Below the pieces are notes generated by a model. It had not been told where the DNA came from. It searched no databases and saw only the letters and a list, made by a program, of their open reading frames with translations. 64,000 bases of DNA from contig JBBQFN010000003.1 in the NCBI GenBank assembly GCA_038321985.1, positions 64,001 to 128,000 on the forward strand, written 5' to 3'. The stretch comes from Cyanophyceae cyanobacterium (lineage in GTDB: Bacteria; Cyanobacteriota; Cyanobacteriia; Cyanobacteriales; Laspinemataceae). Of the stretch, positions 39,781 to 49,717 are shown one piece after another. The number at the start of each line of letters is the position of its first letter. The stretch's first letter is position 1. A program made the translations under genes and the position numbers.

Positions 39781-42700
39781 ATGTTTCAATTTGTACAAAG
39801 GATGATAGAGGTTGGCTGGCTTGCTCAGGTGCCTATGGTATCGGCACCCACGCCAGAACAGTCTTCCGTTTTATTCTCAGGACCCCAATTTTTTACAGCC
39901 CTAGTTTCTGGGGTGCTTTTAGCCTTTGGTTTTCAACTTTTATTAACAAATCTTTCGGTTGCTGCTGGTATTTCATACATGGGTAAGTCCTCTAGCTCAG
40001 ACTCACATTCTGGGTCTGGGGATAGCCTAGGCAGTACGATTCGGAAAGTAGAAAAGGCAGTTGGCATCTGGACTTTGGTCACGGTCAGTATTGCTTTATT
40101 TTGCGCCGCCTTACTGGCCGTCAGACTCAGCCTGATGGTCAGTGTTGGGTTAGGTGCAATTTTGGGGTTGGTCATCTGGGCCACCTATTTCTCTATCTTG
40201 GTATGGGTGAGTTCCACTACGGTTGGCTCTTTAGTTGGTTCGGTGGTTAATGCCGCGACTTCTGGCTTTCAAGCGATTCTGGGAACAGCAACTAGCGCCC
40301 TAGGTGCGAAAGCTGCCTCTAATCAAGTTGTGGCAACGGCGGAAGCAGCAGCAGCCGCGGTGCGACGCGAATTGGGTCAAGCTTTTGATCCCGACGATAT
40401 TCGGGAGAATTTAGAAGATTACATTCAGGCTTTAAAACCGGCACAACTGGACCTGAAAGGGATCCGACAAGAATTTGAAAATTTGCTAAATGAACCCCAA
40501 CTTCAGGAACTGGCCAGCCAAGGAACCCTGCCGGATGTTGACCGGGAGTCTTTGGTTTCTCTAGTCAGTTCGCGTACGGACTTATCAAAGCGGGATATCA
40601 ATCGCATTGTTGATGAGTTGGAAGCGTCCTGGAATAACGCCAAGCAGAAATTACAACCCCAGAAAAATTGGATGGGGGAATTGGTGTCTTATATTAAGGA
40701 TGCTTCCCCTGGGGATTTGATCTCCGATCGCTTTGATGGACAACTTAATCGCTTGATTGACGCGATTGGAAATCAAGGTCAGAGCAATCAGAACCCGGGG
40801 AATAAGCAGAATCAACCCTCGGGGATGATGCAGCAGGGAATGATGTTAGCATTTAATGCCGCCTTGGGTATGCTGATGGGGCGGACTGATGTATCGGATT
40901 TCGACATTGAAAAAATCCTCTCTCAGTTACAGGATGCAAAACATAAAGTGACGGAGGGAACGGATAAAGTTACCCGGCAGATTCAGGGTAAACCCGCAGA
41001 ACCTTACAGTGCCTTGCGAGCAGATATTGACAATTACGTGATCAATAAATATTCCTGGCAGATGACGCCGGAAATTATTGATCGCGAATTCCGGGATGTC
41101 TTGTTTGATCCCGAGGCAGACCCGGGACTGATTCGGCAGGAGTTGGAACGCTTCCGTCGTGGCAATTTCGTAGATATGCTGACTTCACGCGGTGTGTTTA
41201 CCCAAGCCCAGATTCAAGAAATCGCCAGTCACTTGGAAGCGGTGCGGTTGCAGGTGCTGCAAACGGTAACTCGGGCTGAGGAACAGCAAAAAGCCCAAGA
41301 TCTGCGAAATCGGGTGGAAGGCTACTTGCGTCACAGTTCTAAGGACACCCTGAAACCCTCGGATATCGAGCGTGATTTCAAAAAATTGATTTCAGATCCG
41401 AAGGCGGATTACCGAGAAATGCGCGATCGCTTGGCACAAATTGACCGGGCGATGGCAATCGAAATCATGCGCGATCGCAACGATCTCACTCGGGATGAAG
41501 CGGCAGAAATGCTTCTAGCTCTGGAACAAACCCGGGATCTAGTCTTAGAAGAGTCCAAAGGAATCCAAGAAGCGGCGCAAGCCAACCTCGATCTCCAGTG
41601 GAACAAGGTCCAGGATTATCTCCGGTCTACCGGAAAAGATGAACTGAACCCTGAAGGCATCAAGCAGGATTTGAGCAAGGTATTAGAGAACCCGCAAGCT
41701 GGATTGGGAGCGCTGGGAGCCCGCCTATCACACTTTGATCGTGATACTTTGGTGAAGTTACTCTCCCAACGGGAAGACCTGAATGAAGAGCAGATTTACC
41801 AAGTTGTAGACCGGGTAGAACATACTTGGCATGATATTTCTCACGCACCGCAACAGATTGCAGAACAAGCCAAGGAACAGTACGATCACGCCACTTCTGC
41901 GATTTCCGAGTACCTGCGAGGAACCGGGAAAGAAGAACTCAACCCGGAAGGAATCCAACGGGATTTGCAGAAACTCCTCAATAATCCTCAAGCGGGTGCA
42001 ATCGCTATTCGCGATCGCCTCACCCAAATGGACCGCGATACGTTGGTACAATTGCTGGCCCAACGGAAAGACTTGAACGAAGCGGATGTCAACCGGATTA
42101 TTGACGAATTACAGCAAAACATTCGTCAGGTCCTTCGGACTCCGCGCCGACTTGCTACTCGGGTTAAGCAACAAGCATTTGAGTTTGAACACGCTTTTGA
42201 AGATTACTTGCGCAATACTGGCAAGGTCGAACTCAATCCCGAGGGCATCAAGCGCGATTTACAGTTACTGATCGCCGATCCACGTCTGGGTGCCAAGAAC
42301 CTTGGACAACGTATCGCCCACATGGATAGCACGACGATCAGGGCATTGTTGGCACAACGTCCCGATATTTCGGAACAAGAAGCCCAGGAAATTGTCAATC
42401 GTATGATGTCCGTTCGCGACCAATTCCTGCAACAGGTGCAGAAGGTTCAAGACAGCATCAAAGCGGTTGTTGATGGTATTTTTGGCCGGATTCGTAACTA
42501 CCTCAATTCTCTGGATCGTCCGGAACTTAACTACGAAAGTCTTAAGCATGATATCCGGACTTTGTTCGACGATCCGCAAGCTGGGTTTGACGCCTTGCGC
42601 GATCGCCTGAGTCACTTTGATCGCGATACCCTCGTGGCGGTGATCAGTTCTCGTGAGGATATCTCCGAAGCGGATGCAAACCGGATGGTGGATCAAATCG

Positions 42701-42921
42701 AAGGGGTTCGGAATAATGTGCTACGCCGTGCCGAACGGATGCAACTGGAAACCCAACGACGCATCGAACAGATGAAGCATGAAGCTGAACGCCAAGTTGA
42801 AGAAACCCGCAAAGCGGCTGAGGTAGCTTCTTGGTGGCTGTTCTTCACGGCTTTGGTTTCGGGTATCGCCGCGGCCAGTGCAGGTGCTTTAGGAGTCCTT
42901 ATCTCGGGGACGGTTTTCTAA
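39781..42921 (+). CDS. Large membrane-anchored helical repeat protein (unknown function)
   Basis: N-terminal TM bundle, ~100-aa repeats (YLRxTGKxELNPEGIxxDL...PQAG...DRDTLV), C-terminal TM; start could be GTG 39739. Confidence 0.8.
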   Translation: MFQFVQRMIEVGWLAQVPMVSAPTPEQSSVLFSGPQFFTALVSGVLLAFGFQLLLTNLSVAAGISYMGKSSSSDSHSGSGDSLGSTIRKVEKAVGIWTLVTVSIALFCAALLAVRLSLMVSVGLGAILGLVIWATYFSILVWVSSTTVGSLVGSVVNAATSGFQAILGTATSALGAKAASNQVVATAEAAAAAVRRELGQAFDPDDIRENLEDYIQALKPAQLDLKGIRQEFENLLNEPQLQELASQGTLPDVDRESLVSLVSSRTDLSKRDINRIVDELEASWNNAKQKLQPQKNWMGELVSYIKDASPGDLISDRFDGQLNRLIDAIGNQGQSNQNPGNKQNQPSGMMQQGMMLAFNAALGMLMGRTDVSDFDIEKILSQLQDAKHKVTEGTDKVTRQIQGKPAEPYSALRADIDNYVINKYSWQMTPEIIDREFRDVLFDPEADPGLIRQELERFRRGNFVDMLTSRGVFTQAQIQEIASHLEAVRLQVLQTVTRAEEQQKAQDLRNRVEGYLRHSSKDTLKPSDIERDFKKLISDPKADYREMRDRLAQIDRAMAIEIMRDRNDLTRDEAAEMLLALEQTRDLVLEESKGIQEAAQANLDLQWNKVQDYLRSTGKDELNPEGIKQDLSKVLENPQAGLGALGARLSHFDRDTLVKLLSQREDLNEEQIYQVVDRVEHTWHDISHAPQQIAEQAKEQYDHATSAISEYLRGTGKEELNPEGIQRDLQKLLNNPQAGAIAIRDRLTQMDRDTLVQLLAQRKDLNEADVNRIIDELQQNIRQVLRTPRRLATRVKQQAFEFEHAFEDYLRNTGKVELNPEGIKRDLQLLIADPRLGAKNLGQRIAHMDSTTIRALLAQRPDISEQEAQEIVNRMMSVRDQFLQQVQKVQDSIKAVVDGIFGRIRNYLNSLDRPELNYESLKHDIRTLFDDPQAGFDALRDRLSHFDRDTLVAVISSREDISEADANRMVDQIEGVRNNVLRRAERMQLETQRRIEQMKHEAERQVEETRKAAEVASWWLFFTALVSGIAAASAGALGVLISGTVF

Positions 42922-43000
42922 TCCCATTATTAACGCAGGAGGGAGCGAAACGCTCCCTCTCCTGTGAAGAATTATCTAATTTATTTAGCTGTATAAGCCC

Positions 43001-43026
43001 AGCCTCTTTTGTAAGGGGCTTTTTTT
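43001..43026 (+). terminator. Intrinsic terminator
   Basis: AGCCTCTT-TTGT-AAGGGGCT followed by T-run; another hairpin GAGGGAGCG-AAA-CGCTCCCTC at ~42939-42959. Confidence 0.7.
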
Positions 43027-43182
43027 ATCCGGAAAGGGGACTAACTAATACCAAATCCGGTTCTCGGCGATCGGCTTTAATTGACACCCATGCAGGGTAA
43101 GACTACAGGGACAAATCGGTGGGGGCGCTTTTCTCAAAAGAAAAGAGACTTTTAAATACTAAATTGGGTATAAAAACACCTA

Positions 43183-43212
43183 TTGACATCCCTTTAGGTT
43201 GGGGTTTAACAT
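43183..43212 (+). promoter_or_regulatory. Sigma70-type promoter of rsgA leader
   Basis: TTGACA-N18-TAACAT. Confidence 0.6.
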
Positions 43213-43287
43213 AGAAAAATGTCATTCTTTAAGATAAAAAAGAAAAGACATCGTTAACCCATCAACGAATGAATCGGGAGGAACCTT

Positions 43288-43347
43288 ATGTCTGTGTTAG
43301 TCAGCATTTCTACTCAACAATTATGCAAAACCCCTGCAAGGCATTAA
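43288..43347 (+). CDS. Putative 19-aa leader peptide MSVLVSISTQQLCKTPARH
   Basis: GGGAGG RBS 6 nt before ATG, followed by a hairpin and rsgA. Confidence 0.45.
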   Translation: MSVLVSISTQQLCKTPARH

Positions 43348-43445
43348 CGCAGAAACTTTGAAAATGAATTTTCCATTGGAAACCTCCGTCAGAGTTTCTA
43401 GTTGTGCTTTGCCCTCAACACGCAAGACACATCGAGGAACTCTCA

Positions 43446-44507
43446 ATGCATTTAGACCAACTGGGTTGGAATCCCTTTTTTGAGGAAAAGTTTGCACCGT
43501 ATCGGCAACAAGGTTATCAGCCAGGACGGGTGGCGATCGCCCATAAACATCTCTACGTCATTTACTCCGAAAACGGAGAATTTCTAGCGGACATTACCGG
43601 AAAAATGCGCTATCACGCCACGAGTGAAAACGATTTTCCGGCGGTAGGAGATTGGGTAGCGATGGGATTGCGCGATGGGGAAAATAAGGCGATTATTCAG
43701 GCTATTTTACCCCGCCAAACTAAATTTTCCCGTAAAGGGACGGGGGTAAAAACCCGAGAACAAATTGTTGCCACTAATATCGATACCGTCCTCTTAATGT
43801 CCGGATTAGACCGGGATTTTAACCTCCGGCGCATGGAACGTTATCTAATTTTAGCCTGGGAAAGCGGCGCAAAACCGGCGATTGTGTTGAATAAAGCGGA
43901 CTTGTGCGATCGTCTGGAAGACTACATCACTGAGGTTGAAGCCGTGGCGATGGGAGTGCCGATTATTCCCCTGAGTGCGATCGCTGGATTCGGGTTACAA
44001 GCATTAACTCCCTACCTGCAACCGGGAAACACCGTTGCCTTACTCGGGTCCTCCGGGGTTGGCAAATCCACCCTGACGAATCAATTACTGGGAACTGCCA
44101 CTCAAAAAGTGCAGGAAGTGCGCCAAACCGATAGTCGGGGACGGCATACCACCACCCATCGAGAATTGATGATGTTACCCTCCGGTGCCCTGCTAATTGA
44201 TACCCCAGGAATGCGGGAAATTCAAACTTGGAACAATCAAACGGGATTACCAGAAACCTTTGCGGATATCGAAAGTTTGGCGCAACAATGCCGATTTCGG
44301 GATTGTCAACATGACTCCGAACCGGGTTGTGCCATCCAGGAGGCGATCGCAGAGGAAACCTTGGATATTGAACGATTTTTCAGCTATCAAAAGCTGCAAA
44401 ATGAGCTAGAATATCTGGCCCGAAAACAGGACCAAAATGCTCAATTAGTAGAAAAGAAACGCTGGAAAAAGATTCATAAAGAACTCAGGAACTTGAGTAA
44501 GGGATAA
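43446..44507 (+). CDS. rsgA: Ribosome small subunit-dependent GTPase A (RsgA/YjeQ)
   Basis: [43 protein letters not shown]n site. Confidence 0.93.
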   Translation: MHLDQLGWNPFFEEKFAPYRQQGYQPGRVAIAHKHLYVIYSENGEFLADITGKMRYHATSENDFPAVGDWVAMGLRDGENKAIIQAILPRQTKFSRKGTGVKTREQIVATNIDTVLLMSGLDRDFNLRRMERYLILAWESGAKPAIVLNKADLCDRLEDYITEVEAVAMGVPIIPLSAIAGFGLQALTPYLQPGNTVALLGSSGVGKSTLTNQLLGTATQKVQEVRQTDSRGRHTTTHRELMMLPSGALLIDTPGMREIQTWNNQTGLPETFADIESLAQQCRFRDCQHDSEPGCAIQEAIAEETLDIERFFSYQKLQNELEYLARKQDQNAQLVEKKRWKKIHKELRNLSKG

Positions 44508-44680
44508 AAAAAGACGATTACATTCTGATGTTCCAATTTTGAACAATTCGGAAGTGCGATCGCTTTTAATCATAAGGGCGTTATCTACACCCTTTTCGGG
44601 ACTTATCTAGATTTATAGGGGGGCATTATTTTATTCATTGCCCACCCTATTTTATTCTCTATTAAAGGTTACCGAAACCC

Positions 44681-44717
44681 ACCCTAACCCCCCAGGCACA
44701 GGGGGGGGTGTTAGGGT
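44681..44717. terminator. Hairpin between convergent rsgA and recA
   Basis: ACCCTAAC-CCCCC...GGGGG..GTTAGGGT. Confidence 0.55.
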
Positions 44718-44727
44718 GCTTTCTTAC

Positions 44728-45837
44728 TTAATCTGCACCCTCTTCTTCCACATACTCGACTTCGTAACCACTTCCATCTATGTCCTCATCATCATCACTA
44801 TTAGTAGAACGTCCTACAGAGTTTGCCGATACCACGGCACCCAGTTCTAACTGTTCTCGCACCTTCTTCTCGATTTCCTTCGTCGCTTCGAGATTTTCTT
44901 CCAGATACTTCAGGGAATTGTCCCGTCCTTGACCGATATTATCTCCGTTGTAGCTATACCAAGCGCCCTTACGGTTAATCACGCCGGTTTCTTCTGCCAG
45001 GTCGATTAAGCATCCCATATTAGAAATGCCCTTGCCGAACAAAATATCAAATTCCGCAATTCGGAATGGGGGCGCGACTTTATTCTTGGCAACCTTGACC
45101 TTAGCCCGGATTCCGTATTCTTCCGTGCCTTTTTTCAAGGTTTGAATCCGGCGGATATCCAAACGCACCGAGGCGTAGAATTTGAGCGCATTTCCCCCAG
45201 TGGTGGTTTCTGGGTTGCCGTAACCGCCAATTTTTTGCCGTAACTGGTTGAGGAAAATCACGGTACAGCCGGATTTACCAATGTTTCCGGTAATTTTCCG
45301 CAAGGCATGACTCATTAACCGCGCTTGTAACCCGATGGTGGGGTCGCCCATTTGTCCCTCGATTTCTGCCCGAGGGACCAGGGCCGCTACCGAGTCAATC
45401 ACCACTAGGTCCACTGCTGCCGATCGCACTAACTGATCCGCAATTTCTAGGGCCATTTCCCCCGTATCCGGTTGAGACACCAGTAAATTTTCGATATCAA
45501 CCCCCACCTTCGCCGCATAACTGGGGTCGAGGGCGTGTTCCGCATCCACAAAAGCAGCTAGTCCCCCAGCTTTTTGAACTTCTGCAAGCGCGTGGAGTGC
45601 CAGGGTGGTTTTACCGGCACTTTCTGGTCCGTAAATTTCAATGACGCGGCCTTTTGGCAAACCGCCACCCAGGGCTAAATCGAGAGTAAGCGCCCCGGAT
45701 GGAATCGTTTCGACTCTCATCTTGGTGGCATCACCCAGGCGCATAATCGCCCCTTTGCCAAAGCTGCGCTCAATTTGGGCCAGCACGACTTTTAGGGCCT
45801 TGTCTTTTTCAGAATTCGCTGTGCTTGCTGTAGCCAT
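44728..45837 (-). CDS. recA: Recombinase RecA
   Basis: [49 protein letters not shown]. Confidence 0.98.
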   Translation of the reverse strand: MATASTANSEKDKALKVVLAQIERSFGKGAIMRLGDATKMRVETIPSGALTLDLALGGGLPKGRVIEIYGPESAGKTTLALHALAEVQKAGGLAAFVDAEHALDPSYAAKVGVDIENLLVSQPDTGEMALEIADQLVRSAAVDLVVIDSVAALVPRAEIEGQMGDPTIGLQARLMSHALRKITGNIGKSGCTVIFLNQLRQKIGGYGNPETTTGGNALKFYASVRLDIRRIQTLKKGTEEYGIRAKVKVAKNKVAPPFRIAEFDILFGKGISNMGCLIDLAEETGVINRKGAWYSYNGDNIGQGRDNSLKYLEENLEATKEIEKKVREQLELGAVVSANSVGRSTNSDDDEDIDGSGYEVEYVEEEGAD

Positions 45838-46048
45838 TATCTTAATTTGGGACTTGCAGATTGGGTATGTTGACTATCTATTCTACATTACTTCAGCTTG
45901 GGCTGTGGGGGGGGCATGAAAGGTTAAAATTGTTTTAAAAATGCAGTGGCATCACCTCCGGGTGACTGCCAAGCTAGAAAAACTAGGAAAGTCTTGCTGA
46001 TTATAGCTTTTATTGGTTAGTCCCTGCTCAAACCCCTGAGAATTGTTC

Positions 46049-47281
46049 ATGAATGAGTCGAACGTTTATCAAATGCTGACGGATACGGCCCTATCGGTGG
46101 CTGGATTGACAGCCTACATCCAAGAATTGTTGGAGTTAGATACCCAACTGCGGCAAGTCTGGGTGATGGGGGAGGTTTCCAGCGCAAACCGTCATCGCAG
46201 TGGGCTGTTTTTCACGTTGCAGGAACCGGACGGGAGTGCAGCGATTCGCTGTGTGGTTTGGAGTTCTCAGTTGGAAAAATTGGTGCAGATGCCTTCAAGG
46301 GGGGAGCAAATTTTAGTGTTGGGAAGCATTCGGATGTATCCGAAGCGGGGGGAGTATCAGCTAACGGTGTGGCAGGGGTTTCCGGCAGGGGAAGGATTGC
46401 AGGCCCTGCGATACCGACAGTTGCGATCGCGCTTGGAAGCAGAAGGATTATTTGATGCAGATAGGAAGCGCCCTCTACCGGCTCATCCGCAGACTGTGGC
46501 GGTGGTGACTTCCCCCCAGGCGGCAGCATGGGGCGATATTCAGCGCACTCTCAACCAGCGTTATCCCGGATTGCGGGTGTTGCTGTCTCCAGCAACGGTA
46601 CAGGGGGAACAGGCCCCCAGTTCCATTGAGGCGGCGATCGCCCGGGTGGAGGCAGACAATCGCGCTGAGGTGTTAATTTTGGCCCGGGGTGGGGGTGCTT
46701 CGGAGGATTTGGCTTGTTTTAATGATGAACGAGTGGTGAGGGCGATTTCCCAATGTTCGATTCCGGTGATTACGGGAATTGGACATGAACGGGATGAATC
46801 TCTGGCCGATTTAGTGGCGGATGTTTGCACTCACACGCCAACGGCTGCGGCTAAAGTGGCGGTTCCCGAGTTGGTGAGTTTGTATCGGGAGCATCGGTAC
46901 CGCGTGGAACGGGTAAAAGCGGCGATGGGAGAGCAGATTACCGTAGAAGCAGAAGCGATTAATCATTTGCGATCGCGTTTGTATCGGTTACCGTTAGAAC
47001 GACAACTCAAACAAGACCGACAATCCCTGCAATGGCTGCAAAAAAGGCTGGTACAGGCGACTTTGCAGCAGGGGGACCGGGCACAGCAGCATTGTGAGTT
47101 GTTAAGGCAAAAGTTAGGAACCTTGGACCCGCAAAAGGTGTTACAACGGGGGTATGCGGTGTTGAAAAAAGAAAATGGGGCGATCGCTCGCAGTAGCACA
47201 GAGTTAGCACCGGGTGACGAGGCGATCGTGCAATTGGCCCAAGGTCAAGTTAAGGTGCAAGTTACTGAGATTTTAGAATAA
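46049..47281 (+). CDS. xseA: Exodeoxyribonuclease VII large subunit
   Basis: WVMGEVS OB-fold, VVTSPQAAAWGD, ARGGGASEDL..FNDE, GIGHERD, TPTAAA, LQRGYA. Confidence 0.95.
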   Translation: MNESNVYQMLTDTALSVAGLTAYIQELLELDTQLRQVWVMGEVSSANRHRSGLFFTLQEPDGSAAIRCVVWSSQLEKLVQMPSRGEQILVLGSIRMYPKRGEYQLTVWQGFPAGEGLQALRYRQLRSRLEAEGLFDADRKRPLPAHPQTVAVVTSPQAAAWGDIQRTLNQRYPGLRVLLSPATVQGEQAPSSIEAAIARVEADNRAEVLILARGGGASEDLACFNDERVVRAISQCSIPVITGIGHERDESLADLVADVCTHTPTAAAKVAVPELVSLYREHRYRVERVKAAMGEQITVEAEAINHLRSRLYRLPLERQLKQDRQSLQWLQKRLVQATLQQGDRAQQHCELLRQKLGTLDPQKVLQRGYAVLKKENGAIARSSTELAPGDEAIVQLAQGQVKVQVTEILE

Positions 47282-47288
47282 TGTTCTA

Positions 47289-48668
47289 TTGAGTATCCAA
47301 TTTATGTTAAAACTAATCCCAACAAAAGCAAAATTCAGAAAAACTGTGTATCTATGGGGGTTCCTCTTGGGGAGTGCACTGGTGGCAGCCGGTTCCCCAA
47401 GTTCCGCACAAGAAGAGATGCCGATGCCCCAGTCTTCACCCGCAACTGAAGAGAGTTCCTCCAGTCTGACTGAACCCTTTTTTGCCGATGTAATTGTCCA
47501 AGGAAGACCAATTTTTCAAGTCGGCAGTGCGGGAAATATGACAGCGCGAGAACGATCACAGATTATCAACCGACGGATGTCTAGTCTAGTGAGTCAAGGG
47601 GAAACGGTAGACTCGATCAGCGTTCAATATAATCCAACGGAAAATTATGCAACGTTGCAAGCCAACAACCGAGTGATTATGACGGTGATCCCGCAGGATG
47701 CAGAGGACTTTGGGGTTGAAAATACTCAAATTTTAGCGAATCAGTGGGCGGAGGAATTAAATAGAGCGTTGGATCGCCCGGGACTGGCGATCGACGTCGC
47801 CCAGCGTCTCAATGCCACTGTGCGGAATTTAATTCGAGATGCGATTGGTAACTTACCGTCCTTGGTGGGAGCGTTAATTGTGATTTTGTTGACTTGGGGG
47901 GTAGCAATCTTTGTGCGTCGGCTTGCTTATACTTGGGCTCAAAAAACAGAAGGTGATCACAGTACAGAACTTTTGATTTCCCGCTTAGTTTATGGGGTGA
48001 TTTGGGTCATGGGTTGGATAATTGCCTTGGGGGTTTTAGGACTAGATTTTGCAGCTTTACTCGGAGCCCTAGGACTGACGAGCGTGGCGATCGGTTTTAG
48101 CCTCAAAGATGTTTTAAGTAACTACATTGCCGGAGTGATTTTACTAGCAGTTCGTCCTTTCCGCATCGGTGACCAGATTGCGATCGCCGACTACGAAGGA
48201 ACCGTTACCGAAGTTCAACTTCGGGCAACCACCATAAAAACTTATGATGGACGCCTCGTTTATATCCCTAATCAAGAAGTATTTTCTTCAAGCATTACTA
48301 ACAATACAGCTTCACCCCGCCGACGCACTTCAGTCATGGTAGGGATTGATTATGAGGCAGATATCAACGAGGCCCGAACAGTGATTTTAAAAGCTCTAAA
48401 TGACCTTGATTTGGTAGAACCAAGTCCGGGGCCAGAGGTTCTAGTTCAGGAATTGGCTGCCAGTACGATTAATTTAGAAATTCGCTTTTGGGTGGATTCC
48501 CGGCGAGCCGAGTTTTTGGATATGACCTCTCAGGGCGCTCAAAGGATTAAAGAGGCATTGGCAGCAGCAAATATAGAAATGCCTACAGAAATTTATACCC
48601 TTACTTTTCGTAATTTACCGCCCTCACTTTCATCCAACTCTTTTAATCCCCCCCAACAGTCTCAATAG
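47289..48668 (+). CDS. MscS mechanosensitive channel with periplasmic N-terminal domain
   Basis: LGLTSVAIGFSLKD, RPFRIGD, VYIPN, VGIDY. Confidence 0.9.
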   Translation: MSIQFMLKLIPTKAKFRKTVYLWGFLLGSALVAAGSPSSAQEEMPMPQSSPATEESSSSLTEPFFADVIVQGRPIFQVGSAGNMTARERSQIINRRMSSLVSQGETVDSISVQYNPTENYATLQANNRVIMTVIPQDAEDFGVENTQILANQWAEELNRALDRPGLAIDVAQRLNATVRNLIRDAIGNLPSLVGALIVILLTWGVAIFVRRLAYTWAQKTEGDHSTELLISRLVYGVIWVMGWIIALGVLGLDFAALLGALGLTSVAIGFSLKDVLSNYIAGVILLAVRPFRIGDQIAIADYEGTVTEVQLRATTIKTYDGRLVYIPNQEVFSSSITNNTASPRRRTSVMVGIDYEADINEARTVILKALNDLDLVEPSPGPEVLVQELAASTINLEIRFWVDSRRAEFLDMTSQGAQRIKEALAAANIEMPTEIYTLTFRNLPPSLSSNSFNPPQQSQ

Positions 48669-48871
48669 GGCTAACGCAGTCTAAAAAAAGACTTGTAGCT
48701 GATGGAGTTAGGGTGATATTCCCCAAAGGGAGAGGGAAAGATATTATCTAGGAGAAAGTTGGAGTGAGAGGGAGCTAATCCCTATCCGAGGGCTGATTTA
48801 AGCCTGATAGTTTGGTGCTATAACTAAAGCATAATAAGATTACAGTTTTTACTAGATTGGGAGATAAAGTC

Positions 48872-49525
48872 GTGAGAAAATTTACTCAACGGAGCTTACC
48901 GGCAACCTTTGTTAGTGTATTGGCGATCGCGGGAGGGTTACTAACGGGAATAGTAGAACCAATTGCCGCCTCCACTTCCTCCTGGCAACAGGCACAGGCA
49001 GAGGCAACTCAGAGTTTCTGCCGTCGCACCCTCACCCCCTCGGGTTTGATTATCCGTCAAGGACCGAGTGCAGGTACTCCCCAGGTTGGCTTTGTTCCTT
49101 TCAATCAACAAGTGACCCTTGTCCAAGGATTTCAAGGCATCCAAGGGCCCGATGGCCGCCAGTGGGTAGAAATTGCTGCACCTGTGCGTGGATATGTATC
49201 CAATGGATATGCCGCCACCAGCAATTTGGGCTATTGTATCGAACAAGTGGGAACGACTCCCGTACCAAGTACCGGACCTACCCCGGTTAATTTGTGCCGA
49301 GAAGTGAATCGCGATCGCGCACCCCGAGGTTTAGCCATTCGCGAAAATCCGTCCCGCCTTTCTGCTTATAAAGGGGGAGTGGATGGTGGCGGGCGGGTTA
49401 CTTTAGTCGAAAATTATAAACTGGTCCGAGATATCAATGGGGAACCCCGAGATTGGGTTCAGATTACTTTTCCTATTAATGGCTATATTTCCGCTGACAG
49501 TTTAACACTCTGTCCCCCAGGTTAA
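48872..49525 (+). CDS. Secreted protein with two Cys-flanked SH3-like modules (third paralog)
   Basis: FCRRT..GLIIRQGP..GPDGRQWVEIAAPVRGYVSNG..YC; LCREV..APRGLAIRENP..WVQITFPINGYIS..LC; GTG start after GGAG. Confidence 0.72.
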   Translation: MRKFTQRSLPATFVSVLAIAGGLLTGIVEPIAASTSSWQQAQAEATQSFCRRTLTPSGLIIRQGPSAGTPQVGFVPFNQQVTLVQGFQGIQGPDGRQWVEIAAPVRGYVSNGYAATSNLGYCIEQVGTTPVPSTGPTPVNLCREVNRDRAPRGLAIRENPSRLSAYKGGVDGGGRVTLVENYKLVRDINGEPRDWVQITFPINGYISADSLTLCPPG

Positions 49526-49717
49526 GTGGATTTAATTGGGATAAATATAGCGTTTCCTGTGCCTCCTGAGTCCAGGATAACGCTATATTAAAAAAATTAA
49601 TATCACTTTGAAGGTACAAAATTAATCAATTTCAAATTTATATTTAAAAACTTTTACCCCAATATTTATCAAAGGTTTTTGCGAAATTCCTAACCCTCTT
49701 TACAACCTCAAGCTATC

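Noticed and set aside
45865..45890. Possible LexA box upstream of recA (GACTATCTATTCTA)
   Set aside because: Only one half resembles the cyanobacterial RGTAC-N3-DGTWCB consensus; better read as a -10 (TAGAAT on the minus strand)
47281..47300. Missing xseB after xseA
   Set aside because: xseB is often elsewhere; absence cannot be judged from one window
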